This document shows positions 52,285-64,000 of a stretch of 64,000 bases of DNA, in pieces. How positions within the stretch are numbered: position 1 is the stretch's first letter; every line of letters begins with the position of its first letter. Made by a program: the position numbers and the translations under genes. A model generated the notes under the pieces. It saw only the letters and a list, made by a program, of their open reading frames with translations. It was not told the origin of the DNA and made no database searches. The DNA is from Mytilus edulis (taxonomy: Eukaryota). Where the stretch lies: contig NC_092349.1 in NCBI RefSeq assembly GCF_963676685.1, positions 63,390,924 to 63,454,923 on the forward strand, read 5' to 3'.

Positions 52285-53614
52285 CTGAAATCAAACCGTA
52301 AGTATATTACAAACCAGATGCTCCGCAGGCCGCAGCTTTATACGACCGCAGAGTTTGAACCCTGAACATTTGGGCAAGTATGGACACAACATTCAAACTT
52401 GATACAGCTCTGAATTTGGATTGTGATTAAAAAGTTAACACAACACAGGTTTCTGACACATAATGAATGTGGTTTAAGAACTTAAACTTAAAAACTTTAA
52501 ATTTTAAATTGTACATTACCTATTATGGTCCAATATCCAAATTCTAAATACATGGTTAGATTAAGCATATCAAAGAACCCCAAGAATTCAATTTTTGATG
52601 AAATCAAATAAAGTTCAATTTTGGACCCTTTACACCTCAATGTGGACCAATTTGATAACCGGACCAAAACATCAAAAATCTAAACATGGTTAGATTAAGC
52701 ATATATCAAAGAACCCTAATATAGACAATTTTTGTTGAAATCAAACAAAGTTTAATTTTGGACCCCAATTTGGACCAACCTGAAAACTGGGCCTATAATC
52801 AAAAATCTAAATACATGTTTAGATTCAGCATATCAAAGAACCCCAAGGATTCAAAATCTAAATACATGTTTAGATTCAGCATATCAAAGAACCCCAAGGA
52901 TTCATTTTTTGTTGATATCAAACAAAGTTTAATTTTGGACCCCGATTTGGTCCAACTTGAAAAATTGGGCCAATAGTAAAAAATATACGTAAATGTTTAG
53001 ATTCAGCACATCAAAGAACCCCAAGGATTCAATTTTTGTTAAAATCAAACTTAGTTTAATTTTGGACCCTTTGGACCTTAATGTAGACCAATTTGAAAAC
53101 GGGACCAAAAATTAATAATCTACATACACAGTTAGATTCGGCATATCAAAGAACCCCAATTATTAAATTTTTGAAGAAATCAAACAGCTTGATACCAATA
53201 TACGACCAAAACATTTTCAATTTTAGCGGTCGTATAAAAATTGGAAACTGTTTTTCAACCACCGCAACATTAACATTTCTTTTCAGTAGGCGTTAAGTTT
53301 CAAAAACAATGGCAATTACTTAAGTATTGGTCCATTGCTGCATTGTTTGAACAGAACTTAAGCGAATCTGAGCTGTACTCAAATTGAATATTATCATAAC
53401 TTGTAAAATGAAACTCGGAAGAGTGCATGAGTATGAACTGCACTGAGTCAGAATCATATTTTGTTGATTAAAAGTGAAATAGAAAGGAAGTAAGGAAAGG
53501 ATTTGAAGAAATCAAAGTGAAGATGTGTTCCCCAGACACGTTTTTCTTTTATTCATAAAAGGAAAACAATAAGTGTTTATTCCATATTTCATTCCCTGTT
53601 ACATCAGTACATAC

Positions 53615-53740
53615 CTCTTCATACACATTAGGTATGTGTGTTTCTGTGTCTGTCATTTTGATCAACCATTCCTCTCCATTCTTTCTTGTTACACCAAAGT
53701 CGTCTTTAAATGTTCTCAATGATATCATATGGAGGGCTTT
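53615..53740 (-). CDS. MVP: MVP paralog B exon 4
   Basis: Acceptor tatcttgcag. KALHMISLRTFKDDFGVTRKNGEEWLIKMTDTETHIPNVYEE, donor gag|gtatgt. Track ORF 53549..53746. Confidence 0.9.
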
Positions 53741-54130
53741 CTGCAAGATAACAAATTAGATTGATTGTTGGTTGCTTAACGTCCAGTGGCAAATGAACAA
53801 ATAAGATGATAATGTCTTGTCTAATTACGTTGTACATTACTAGTATTTGAAAGGTGAATAATATGACCAGATAACTCTAAGAAATATTTTTAAAATTGTT
53901 TGTTCCTATTATGCTACGTTTTCTTTCTCTATTTTATATAACGTTTTTATGGTGTACTAGTTTATCATCTATTTATTCCTCCGCAAATTTAAATAAACAT
54001 GCAAAATATTTTTTAAATACGAAAATTCAAACGATCGCATCAACAAAAGAAACACGAAACATGCACCAATAGATCAACGATCAATTTATCTTCTTTTTAT
54101 CGTCATTCCACTGATTGGAACTATATTTAC

Positions 54131-54481
54131 CTTATCTGTTAGAACATAGGCGTTGACAACATCTACAACTTCTTCATAGGCTCCTGGGAGATAAGCTCCG
54201 GTCTTCTTCACCAGCCATTCCTCACCGGTTACCCTAGCAACACCTTGTCTATCAATAGTCTCCTTCCTAGCCCTCAATCTAATGGCCTGGTTAGGTCTAA
54301 TGACTGTGGCTCTGACAGTCTCCTCAATAACAACCTCTTTCCTTGGGATATATGTTCCTGGTCCTTCAAATAGCCACTCATCCCCAGCTGTTCTCTTTTC
54401 TTCATCATCGTCTTCAAAGTCTAGAATAGCTCTGAGCCGAAGAGCGGAGTTGGCTGCTACCACCTTCAGGGAGGTTACAAC
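54131..54481 (-). CDS. MVP: MVP paralog B exon 3
   Basis: Acceptor ttcgtag. [50 protein letters not shown]...LTDK, donor aag|gtaaat. Track ORF 54086..54463. 351 nt as in A. Confidence 0.9.
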
Positions 54482-55392
54482 CTACGAACAAATGAGAAAT
54501 TCAAATCGGCTGCTACCTAATATCAAGGGTTTCCACCTTTAATCCACAATGGTGAAAATCAAATAAAATGCTACCATTTTAAATGGTGGTATACTTATCA
54601 TCAATTAAATTAGCTCCTAATACTTTTTACTACCAATAAACAACAAAGAAGATGCCGAAACCAGCTGCAACTACAGTCATGGCAGGGCTACAACAAATAA
54701 GTGAGATAACTCAAACTCAGGTGCTACTACAGTTTAGGGAGGGTTACAACCAATTAACAACACTTGGAAGGTCAAATCAAATCAGTTGCGTATAGAACAG
54801 CTTCAACCTTCAAGCAACGAGGGAGGAAATCAAATATGTAGCTACCACTGTCAGGGGACGGTTGAAACCAATAAACAACAATTAAATGAAAAAAAAAATC
54901 AACTGCTTTTAAGTAAGCTACAACCTCTAAACAACAAGGGAGGGAATCAAATTATCTGCTACCACTGACAGAAGGGATGGTTAAGACCAGTAACCAACAC
55001 TTAAAAGGAGAAAAAGCAAATCGGTCACTGCCACTTATGGGTTACAACGAATAAGTCATCCGTGGATGTTATATCATTGAAAGTCAATAAGTGATCAATA
55101 TAACATTTTTTCCTTAACTTCATTATGTATTATTGAAAAAATTAGATTATTTCATGCAATCGATAAGTCGTAAATCTGTAGGTAATAACGCATACAATCC
55201 CTGATTACTTATACATTACTGGATTTACTGGCTAGATGCTCAAAATAATTGTTTACTGGGAAATCGTGCCTAGAAGCTGAAATCAAAACAACTCATATAT
55301 TTTTGACAAGTAATAATGAATTAAATATTGTAACTACTTTGTTCTGTTCATTGTTATATCAAAACTTGAACCTATAGCCACGAATATCATAC

Positions 55393-55588
55393 CTGTTTCA
55401 GTATTTCCCCAGGGTACAGTGGGAAAGGATCCTGTGCCAATCTAATCTCCTGGTCAGCATGTACAAGTTTGGCCTGTCCACTTTCGTCAAAGACAACTTT
55501 ACATTCTTTGTCCTTTAGTACAGGGTTTTCTACGATACAATAATGCCTTGGGGGCACTGTGATCATACGCTCTGGTCCATATACCACT
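55393..55588 (-). CDS. MVP: MVP paralog B exon 2
   Basis: Acceptor tttacag. (K)[65 protein letters not shown], donor caa|gtatga. Track ORF 55387..55608. Same 196-nt length as A exon 2. Confidence 0.9.
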
Positions 55589-55981
55589 CTGTAAATATCA
55601 ATGCGCAATATTTGTATCCAGCTTATTACGGTATTGACTTTTAAGAATATATCCTGTCAGATTAATATCTGGTTGAACATGGTCTGGCCTATCTGACAAA
55701 TGAAATGCAAGAAAATCTTGTCATTCCAAAACTTGTTACTAACTAGTATATTTAGTTGTCAGTTCTATGATATTCTAAAAATAAATAGTTTCATATAACA
55801 TTGGGTAATTTTCACTTCAAGTGTACTCTGCCTTTTGGTGTAAACAAAAATCCATAATACTTTTTTCTTTTCTTTTTAAGGTTGTTCTTCTGATGGAATA
55901 GTGTGGGGATTATATGCACCAGAAAATTTATCTAGGCAGACATTCTACTCACGGGAATAAAAAGGCTATAGTTATACTTAC

Positions 55982-56112
55982 TTTTCATTGTCTTGTCTGA
56001 CAAATGTCTGTGGACCAATCTCAAGTCTTGTTACATTGAGGTTCTGGTCTAGAACATGGAGGTAAAAATAAGGAGGGATTCTGTATAGTGATTCGTCTCC
56101 CCGTCTTGACAT
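55982..56112 (-). CDS. MVP: MVP paralog B exon 1 (start codon)
   Basis: Reverse strand ATG at 56112-56110. [43 protein letters not shown] + aa|gtaagt donor. Confidence 0.8.
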
Positions 56113-59100
56113 GGTGGATGAGGGTCTGTTTAGCTCTGAAATAATAAAAGTTCATTTTAAATTATTGATTTAAAATTCTCGAAGTCTTGTTAACTTCTGA
56201 GCAGAAATTAATAATTTCATAAAGTTTATTTTTAAAAAGTAAAATCACAAAAATACTGAACTTAGAGGAAAATCAATTCGGAAAGTCCATAATCACATCA
56301 AAATCATATAACAATACACATCAAAAACGAATGGACAAGAACTGTCATATTCCTGACTTGGTACAGACATTTTCACATTTAGAAAATGGTGGATTAAACC
56401 TGGTTTTATAGCGATAACCCTCTCACTTTGATGACAGTCTCATCAAATTCCGTTATATATTACATTGATGCGTTAACTAAACAGACACAAAAAATAAAAT
56501 GGTCAGAATATGGGTACATTATTCATCATCGTATAACAATTTTAAAAGGAACAATTTAACACAACACAAAAACATCTATCTACAAACACATTCATTGATT
56601 TGTGTGTCTGACGTCAGAAAATTTTATACGTTGCATAGATTTGTCGTTCAATGTGCATACAAACAATTTTAAAATTTACATAGGCAATGTTAGCATACAG
56701 GGTTAAAAAATCAAAAGTATGTAAGAATAAATTTCAGAAATAGACCGAGATTTAAAATAGTTCAAAAGTTATATAATAGAATTTATAAGAATCCACAAAT
56801 AGTTCATTCCACTACGCGATTGAATGATTTTGACGTTTGTGGTTCAACGTATTTTGAAATTCATAATAGAAATATATCATATTAATGACATAAAATAGAA
56901 CACTATCAGACTTGACGGGATCTCTTAAAGTACAGAGTCACGTTATAAGAACCAAAGAAATACATATGCAATTTTTTTTATAATTAATTTTTTTTGGGGG
57001 GGGGGGGGGGATTGGTAAAAACGACAAACCGTAAGATGCATAGTAAGGTATGACAACTTTGGAAAAGCCAGTTTTCCAAGCACAAAATATGTTACTAGAT
57101 AGACCCCCCCCCCCTTGAAACCATCCACCTACCAATGGAGCAATCTCGTATACAACCATCCGGTATCAAGAAAATGTATTAACCTGTTAAGCCTCAATTG
57201 CAATTAGTGATATTTTCCCTCAAATCCACAATTATGATTTTCAGCAAAGTAAATCCACATCCCGTTAAGATTGATGGATTGCTCTTTACGTATCGTCCAG
57301 TGACAGATAGTTCATGCATGTTTGTGCAAAATCACATTTGGAGGAAGTGATTTAAAATATTGGATTTGTGAAATTGAAGGTTTCTTAGGAATTCTCACTG
57401 TTACATGTATGTGCATTGATTGGTTGTCGGATATGAGGAAATTAAATATTCAATTGAAGGAAGGAAGACGTGTCTTTAGAACCCATTTAGTAAGGATGAC
57501 TTAATATGAGTGGCGTGTTGAAAAGTGCATTTATCAAAATGTGAGATTTTCAATAAAATTAAAAGTTATTGCACAACACAAAATGTCGTCTCATCGATAG
57601 TGTGTGTCGTAACAAGTTGGTTGAATATTACATTCAGCAAAAATTAAGTAAATACAAAGACAAGTCGCAAATCTACAATAATACGGTTTATACTTGTCTT
57701 ATGTACGTATTTAAATCTGTATAATATCGTACCTGAATAAATCTTTACCTACATCTTCATTTATCATGTTTATAATATTTTACTTACCTTATTTATTCAA
57801 TTTACTGCTTGAAACTTAAAAACAAGATCTAAATATAGGAATGACCGACAAATATTCTTACCTGGATAAAAAAAATGCTGACGGTATTGGCTATACCCTA
57901 GCTATGTTGGCTGGATACAAGCCAAACAATTAGATCAATATAAATGTATTAATATACGTGTTCATAACCACTCAGGTGTTTAATTGTTTACATTTAAAGT
58001 ACTTTCAAATTTAACATTTTTCACATTGTTTAAACGAGGAAGTTGCGTTGGTTCTGCATTGATTTAAAAGATACATTGCACGCCCCTGTTTAACATAAAT
58101 TGAAAGTAAATAGTAGATGTATAGTAAATAAGATTACGATAACTGAATAGCATATGTTGTTTTTACCTTATTTAGACAGACATGTGTACCCGGTCATGAC
58201 CAGGCATGACCAAAGACTTTAAGTAATGTTCTAATGTTTCATTCCTTTAATTTTCTGCACATTTTTTTCAATCAGCATTTTAATTTTACTCTGTACATTT
58301 TTAGCAAACCCATTCATTGCAAACCACTCTGGGCCCTTACATTATATACATATATACCCAACAATTACACCCATTACAATATCGAAACACGTTATAAGGG
58401 TTTTATTGAAGAAAAAATTACAGCGAACATGTACATTTCAATTACATACTATATAACTTTTCAATCAACTATAGAGTGTGCTAATCTTCAATGAATATTT
58501 TATCTAGTATCGGTAGGTTATTTAACTCTCGATTTATCTAATAATGTATACTTGTGTATATATATATTTAATCAATAAGATGAGAAATAAGCAAAAATCC
58601 ATAGGATATATTATAGTTACTAAACCTTACCTTTTCAATCAGAGCTGCACGAAGAATAGTCTTATCAAAATAGAAATCTCGAATTAAGTAAATGTTGATT
58701 GAGATTTGCTGACTGTTAGAGTGGTGCAATCGAAAGAAATAGAGTAAAGGCTAAAAATAGAAACTGGGGATTTCACAACCGGATACAAATAATATATATG
58801 CGTCACAATGTTTATTTCAAATGTGAGTTTTACAGTGCTTTTTGTCTCGCCTGGGACGAAATTCTCAGTGTCACTGTGAGATACAAGTGGAATTTACTAT
58901 TTATTTCCTGCGGTGCCGTCTTCACAGCCTGAACTATGTGTTTCAAGCTTAACTTGTTTCAAATGATGTGCTTCAATTATAAATTAAGTGAGGGCTATTC
59001 GCCTCAAAATTTTACTATCCAAATTGAATTTTTCTCATGTTTAAGAAAATCAAAAACTTTATTTAAAAAACGACAATGAAGGTTTATACAATATATTTGG

Positions 59101-59789
59101 GAAAACTCTCTGATGAGAATTATATCAATATTATAAATACGGATTTAAGTTAAAAACTAACAGAAAATACATTAATTTTGATCGCCTATTTCACCCTGCT
59201 CATAAGAGGGAGGAGGGCATTTTTACATTTGTTGTTAACTGTTCAACGGACCCTCTATTGCCTCCCCTCTTATATCAGCGATGTGTGAGGGAACGTATTC
59301 AAATTTATTTACTTTTATCAAGTATAAAACTGTCTAATGGGAGGGTGAAATACTAGTAATAATAGACCAATAAACAGATAATAGGGTTTTCATCATGATA
59401 TGTACCGTAAAATAGTAGCTGTGAAGTTCAATCACCAAATATAAACCAAAATAAAAAGATTTTCCTTTATGCAATATAGAGGCGGAAGATTAATTCCATT
59501 TTGTCATAATGTGTGCACAACTCAGAACGAAAAAGTTTATAGATATTTCTTATACTCTAGTTTTAATTCAATAGTGTCAAGCTATCCAGCAATTCTCATC
59601 CAGATATTCTCTTTATAAAAAGTTATCCTGCAATTGTGTTTGGAATACTACTTGAACGACAATTTTTTTTCCCTTCATAACTCATAGTTTTTGACTATTT
59701 TTGTTGAAAGAACGAATAATAAAGACTAGTTTCTCAATTGTTTGTAAAACAATTGAAAGGTCTTTCCTGTAAAAGTGATGTTTTCTTAT

Positions 59790-60330
59790 TGTACTTTGTA
59801 CGACCTTTCGTTTGATATACGACAAGCATACCTTCTGAAACTTTTACACTTAATGACCTCATCCGCCTACATTTTTGAGATCGGAATTATGATGTATGGA
59901 ACAGAGTAGATGAGCTTTCATTTGATAGGTGACAACACCATGTTCTAGAAAGTTTGATTTTTGCACTTAATTACCCTATCCAACTAATTTTTGGAGGTCG
60001 GGAATTTGATATTTCAAATGTACACATCATGACCTATCATTTGATATACAACCCTATCTTAAAAGAACATTTATTTTTTGCACTCAATGACCCCATCCAA
60101 CCCATTTTTGGAAGACGTCAATTTGAAATTTGAAATGTACGCTTTATGTTCTTTCATTTGATATGCGACAACCTTACTATCTGAGAAATTTGAATGTTTT
60201 GCACTAAATGACCCCACCCGTCCCCCTGGGATGAAAAGGGGGTTTAAAATTTTCATTTTTAAGTAGAGTTTATTAAGACCTTCAATTTGATATATCAGAT
60301 GACCCCATTTGACAAAGTGCAAATAATGAT
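59790..60330. repeat. About 120-bp minisatellite (about 4 units: ttgcacttaatgaccccatccaac.aatttttggag..cg..aatttga.at.tcaaatgtac...ctatcatttgatat.c.acaac)
   Basis: Tandem diverged units visible. Confidence 0.7.
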
Positions 60331-60464
60331 GCAATATCAACTATATAAATAGAAGTTATGAAACTTACAAAGTCTATGCAAAACTTGAAAATTTCAAATT
60401 GATTTTTTGATGTTTTTTTTCCATGGAATGTTTTTGGTATTTGGTAAAACATATAAGGGAGCTA

Positions 60465-60742
60465 CCATTTGATTTTTATGGGGGCTAGGATGAAAAATGT
60501 TGTCCTGCATTTTTTTTTAGCTGTAATCTCTGTCCTGCCTTTTTATTTTTCACTGTGTTCGGTCCTGTCTTTTTTTTTTTTTAGTTTATCCTGACTTTTT
60601 TTTACCCAAATTGTCGTCCTGACTTTTTTTTTTGCAAGTGTCTCATCCTGCCTTTTTTTTTACTCAAAACTCCTGTCCTGCCTATTTTTTCAAATTTCAT
60701 CCTAGCCCCCCCATAAAAATCAAATGGTAGCTCCCTAACTAT
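60465..60742. mobile_element. MITE: about 40-bp terminal inverted repeats (agggagctaccatttgatttttatgggggctaggatgaaa / tttcatcctagcccccccataaaaatcaaatggtagctccct) enclosing seven tcctg(c/a)c-T(8-12) internal repeats
   Basis: TIRs read directly from the sequence. TSD not resolvable by eye. Confidence 0.6.
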
Positions 60743-61429
60743 GTTAACCTCTTCAATTTCTAAAACATTTTAAGTTGTAAGCTCTTGTTGATTCAGAAAC
60801 ACATGCCTCCGCTCGCAAAACTTCAAACTGCATTATCTCTAAAACGACAATAGATACCTCAAATCTGTTAAATGATAAATGATCTACAGTTGAAGGACAT
60901 CATTATAGAAAAGGAAATGGGACAATTTCAAAGTTGACCAAGGTCACAATTAATCATCAAATATATGATGCAATACCAAACTTAAGAACCGGAAGTCGTA
61001 GAAACATGGGACTATCACCATTCAACTCAGGACCACTTGACCTTTCAAATATCACAAGGTCAAAATCAAGGTGAAATTTCATCATGACCAGACATTGACC
61101 TCAAATTGAAGGTCTTGAATAACTGATCATCTTTGCAGTTTATAGTAGGTTGATATCTGTTACCTTTTAAAAGATATACACATGTCACTATAGTGTTAAG
61201 AGTTATGTTGACGTAACTATTGAACAGACGGTCGGGCATTTTTTTAGCTTCTATACTATTAAACGAGAAGACCTCATTTTGGGTGTCGCTTCTCCTCCTT
61301 CCACAATAAATTAATCATCATGCCTCTGTGTCCTATAGGTAACATGTATAGTCGCATTTGTCATCCATTCTTATGATCGTTATTTTGGGATAAAAACGAA
61401 AAAGAATGCGTCCGGATATTTTCCCGTCA

Positions 61430-62290
61430 TTGGACAAAACTTTAAGTCAGATTAGACTTCCGGTTTGTGTTTTTCTGTACTTTGAACATACAAAGACTAT
61501 GAATAAAGTATATAAATTTGCTTTCTGCTGTCATTTTGAGTTCTAGCATGTATCATCGTGTTTCAGTTTGGGTTATTGTGGGAGGAAAACGAAAATGAAT
61601 AATATTTGCTATTTACTATCAATTAGTTTACAGTGGCGGATCCAGAACTTTTCATCATGAATGAGAGGGCACTGACTGACCTAAAAGGGAGGGGGGGCGT
61701 TCCTCTCATGCTTCAGTGATTCCCCATATAATCAACATTTTTTTTCAACGAAAACGGGGGCAGGGCCTCCAGGCCCCCAATGGGATCCGCCTATGGTTTA
61801 TAATCAACGGCGGTCACTGCGGATATATTTCTGTACATACTTACATACATTTACTATGAATAACTGTATTTGTTATAATTTATTACTATAAAAAATTCCT
61901 TTTCTGTACCTTGAACATACAAAGACTATGAATAAAGTATATAAATTTGCTTTCTGCTATCATTTTGAGTTCTAACATTTATCATACTTGCTTAACGTGT
62001 TTCAGTTTGGGTTATTTTGGGAGGAAAACGAAAATGAATAATATTTGTTATTTACTATCAGTTAGTTTACAGTGGCCGATTCAGAACTTTTCATAAGGGG
62101 GTGGACGTGGGCGTTCCTCTCATGCTTCAGTGATTCCCCATATAATCAACAAAATTTTTTTCAACGCCCCCCCCCCCCCCCCCCCCACCTTGGGATCCGC
62201 CTATGGTTTACTATCAACGGCGGTCACTGCGGATATATTTCTGTATCCATACATTTACTATGAATAACGGTATTTGTTATAATTTACTAT
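61430..62290. repeat. Tandem duplication of an about 430-bp unit (61430-61860, 61880-62290). Each unit contains a GGCGGATCC...GGATCCGCC inverted repeat. The second unit has a C20 homopolymer. A (TA)16 tract follows at 62349-62381.
   Basis: Near-identical units. Poly-C at 62167-62186. Confidence 0.75.
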
Positions 62291-62346
62291 AAATTCCAAT
62301 GGTTATCTTGGGGGAGGGGGGGCTCTTTACTATTCATGGCGTTCAC

Positions 62347-62385
<39 letters not shown>

Positions 62386-64000
62386 AGTACCTTTGACTTT
62401 TGATACCTCTCCTGAAATTCTCTGTATAGTAATTAAAGTATATATGCATGTTCATAGAGTACATAGAGTACAGATAAACAGAAGGTATAAAAATCGGTAT
62501 TTGGAAAATAGGGGGAGTGCAAAAAAATGTGCCCAATCCCAAAGTACCTTTGACTTTTGATATCTCTCCTGAAATTCTCCAGTCAGTATATTTTTTTTAC
62601 AGTTTACGTACGCTCTATTTCCCCGCGATTTCGCGGGTGTGTTCTAGTAATGTATAAAATGTAGAGCTCGTCAAGAGAAACATTTCATACACAGTATGTA
62701 TGCATCAAACTCTTATCGTTTTCTTAATATGCAAGCTTGAAATTGCAGCGTAATTTGATTTTGCACTCGGTGACCTTTGACCTTGGGTGCATATTGAAGG
62801 TCACGCGAACATAAGATTACTGGTGTAGGTCCCAAGTCTCTATGACTTACGGTTCTCGAAATACAATTTTTCAAAAATTGTGTACAATATTTCAAGGGGA
62901 ATAACTCCTTATAAGGGTTGATAACAAAATGATTGTATACGTTCATTAACATTGCCATATGTTCCTGTACATTTTGCCGTTTTTAAATCGATTCTATCTC
63001 TAATACTTTTTGAGAAAAATGCAAAGGAAAGAAATTGTTTCAAGGGGATATAAATCTCATAGGGGACGATGAAATCCTATTCAGTCTCATATGGTAATAC
63101 ATCATGATGAGATCTACCTATGGTCCAAATAAGGTCATGATATCTTTAAAAAAAAAACGAGGGGGGGGGTCATGTTGAAAAAAGTCAATAAAAGGGAGAT
63201 AACTTCTTAAGGGAATGATGAAATCCTTAACCGGGTCATCTGGTAATACTTCATGATGAGGTCTATCAATGGTCCATATTTGGTCTTCATAGCTTCAACA
63301 GAAACAAGAGGCGGGCATGTCAAACAAATGTTGGAAGAAAAAAAAGAAAAAGAAAAAAAAACATTAGAAAATCAATAAGGTCTTTCCTGGCGTAGAGGAA
63401 AGACAAGGTCTTTCCTCGCGGAGAGGAAAGACCTTAAAAACCAAAGATTTGTATATCTCATTACCAAATTTCTAACTTTAGTTTACAGATTGCTATCTCA
63501 TGTTTTCGGTTTTGTAACTAGCAATTAAAAAAAATCATTTTGGCGATTCAAATATGATAGTATTATCTGTTAAGGTAGCACAATACACAGATTTTATAAC
63601 TCCAACTCCCAAGTTTTAAAATGCTGTAACTTTCTTAATAATGCTTGGAAATTTATAAAAGTGGTAGTTATGGATAGCTAACAGATTACTCTTTCCAATT
63701 AATGCAATGTTAGTTTTATGCAACACATATGTAACCAATTATAATGTTTACTGTGTCTAAAATATTTTTCACCAAATTTCCACTTTCAATTGAAATTAGC
63801 ATAGGTATTCCTAGAGGGTTGATTTTATTATATGTTGTTCCTATGGCCATTATCTACAAAAGGGTGTCTCAGATTTCAGATAGAATGTATAGAACAAATT
63901 TTACACCTAATTGAACATTTACTTCTTTTATGTGTTAAGGATGTTTACACTAATTAGAGATTTATGAGAGAATGGAATACCATAGGGACAATTTGAGACA

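Noticed and set aside
58625-58690. Possible - strand exon (..NIYLIRDFYFDKTILRAALIEK + gtaagg donor) upstream of MVP-B
   Set aside because: This is a short open frame with one plausible donor and no recognisable homology or acceptor. It is insufficient evidence.

Overview
This window is AT-rich, intron-containing and extremely repeat-dense. It is eukaryotic, most consistent with a bivalve mollusc: it carries a TTAGGG-type telomeric relic and a TRIM-NHL-type gene. There are no prokaryotic features; the tandem arrays are satellites, not CRISPR. The main content is two paralogous major vault protein (MVP) genes in convergent, tail-to-tail orientation. Copy A lies on the + strand (13 exons, 19216..31613, about 862 aa). 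Copy B lies on the - strand (12 exons found, 56112..44089, about 858 aa). They are separated by a 12.5 kb repeat-rich spacer. The spacer holds an intronless B-box/coiled-coil/NHL (TRIM-NHL-like) gene interrupted by one in-frame TAG. It also holds a degenerate tRNA-Glu-like pol III element. The MVP exons are about 94-97% identical at the nucleotide level, including synonymous sites, and have identical exon lengths. Their introns are unalignable and are independently invaded by the same satellite and SINE-like families. Other content: the last two exons of a CYP4-like cytochrome P450 (window start, + strand), a single-exon coiled-coil ORF, and a degenerate interstitial telomeric repeat. There are also foldback and palindromic elements, a MITE with 40-bp TIRs, several satellite and minisatellite arrays, and segmental duplications. 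Exon boundaries were found by hand translation against the MVP protein I recall, and by GT/AG inspection. They are anchored to the supplied ORF track where possible; treat coordinates as +/-1-2 nt.
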